This document shows, in pieces, positions 47,755 through 47,976 of a stretch of DNA of 47,976 nucleotides. How positions within the stretch are numbered: the stretch's first letter is position 1; each line of letters starts with the position of its first letter. The stretch is from assembly GCF_001194135.2 (NCBI RefSeq), contig NC_068987.1, positions 110,254,372 to 110,302,347 on the forward strand, read 5' to 3'. Source of the DNA: Octopus bimaculoides (Eukaryota). The notes under the pieces were generated by a model. That model saw nothing but the letters and a program-made list of their open reading frames with translations. It had not been told where the DNA came from and searched no databases. The position numbers were made by a program, and so were the translations under genes.

Positions 47755-47910
47755 AAGCGTGGCTGTGTAGTTCAGAAGTTTACCCTGCAACTACATGGTT
47801 TCAGGTTCAGTCTTACTGCTTGGCACCTTGGTCAAGTATCTGCTACAGCTCCAGACTAAGCAATGTCTTGTGAGACAATTTGGCAGATGGAAACTGTGTG
47901 GAAGGCTTAT
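47755..47910 (+). mobile_element. SINE family A head, decayed
   Basis: gcgtggctgtgtagttcagaag...catggtttcaggttcagtcttactgcttggcaccttggtcaagtatc...tttggcagatggaaactg. Confidence 0.8.
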
Positions 47911-47926
47911 ACATACATACAGACAT

Positions 47927-47976
<50 letters not shown>

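Overview
AT-rich, microsatellite-dense eukaryotic genomic DNA from a gapped short-read scaffold (14 N-gaps). No protein-coding gene with convincing exons was found, and nearly all ORFs in the supplied track are translated microsatellites or N-runs. The repeat content resembles what I recall of Octopus genomes; this is an inference, not a database result. The window holds dozens of tRNA-derived SINE copies. I label them A to D, plus a headless family E and an RTE-like tail, F; these are my own working labels. It also holds a decayed Tc1 (DD34E) transposase, the 3' end of a mariner, two Tc2/pogo-like MITEs of different ages, and a Penelope-like terminus with a minimal hammerhead-ribozyme-like motif. 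The best leads are: the hammerhead-like motif (33067-33121); a 45-aa signal-peptide-like ORF missed by the ORF track (10991-11128); a CpG-retaining domain (about 7.6-29.8 kb) between CpG-depleted flanks, containing CRE-based motifs including a perfect 15-bp inverted repeat; SINE arrays at (AAT)n tracts; transposons nested in the SINE-A internal (TA)n; and a minisatellite built from a SINE core. None of these is demonstrated to be a new system.
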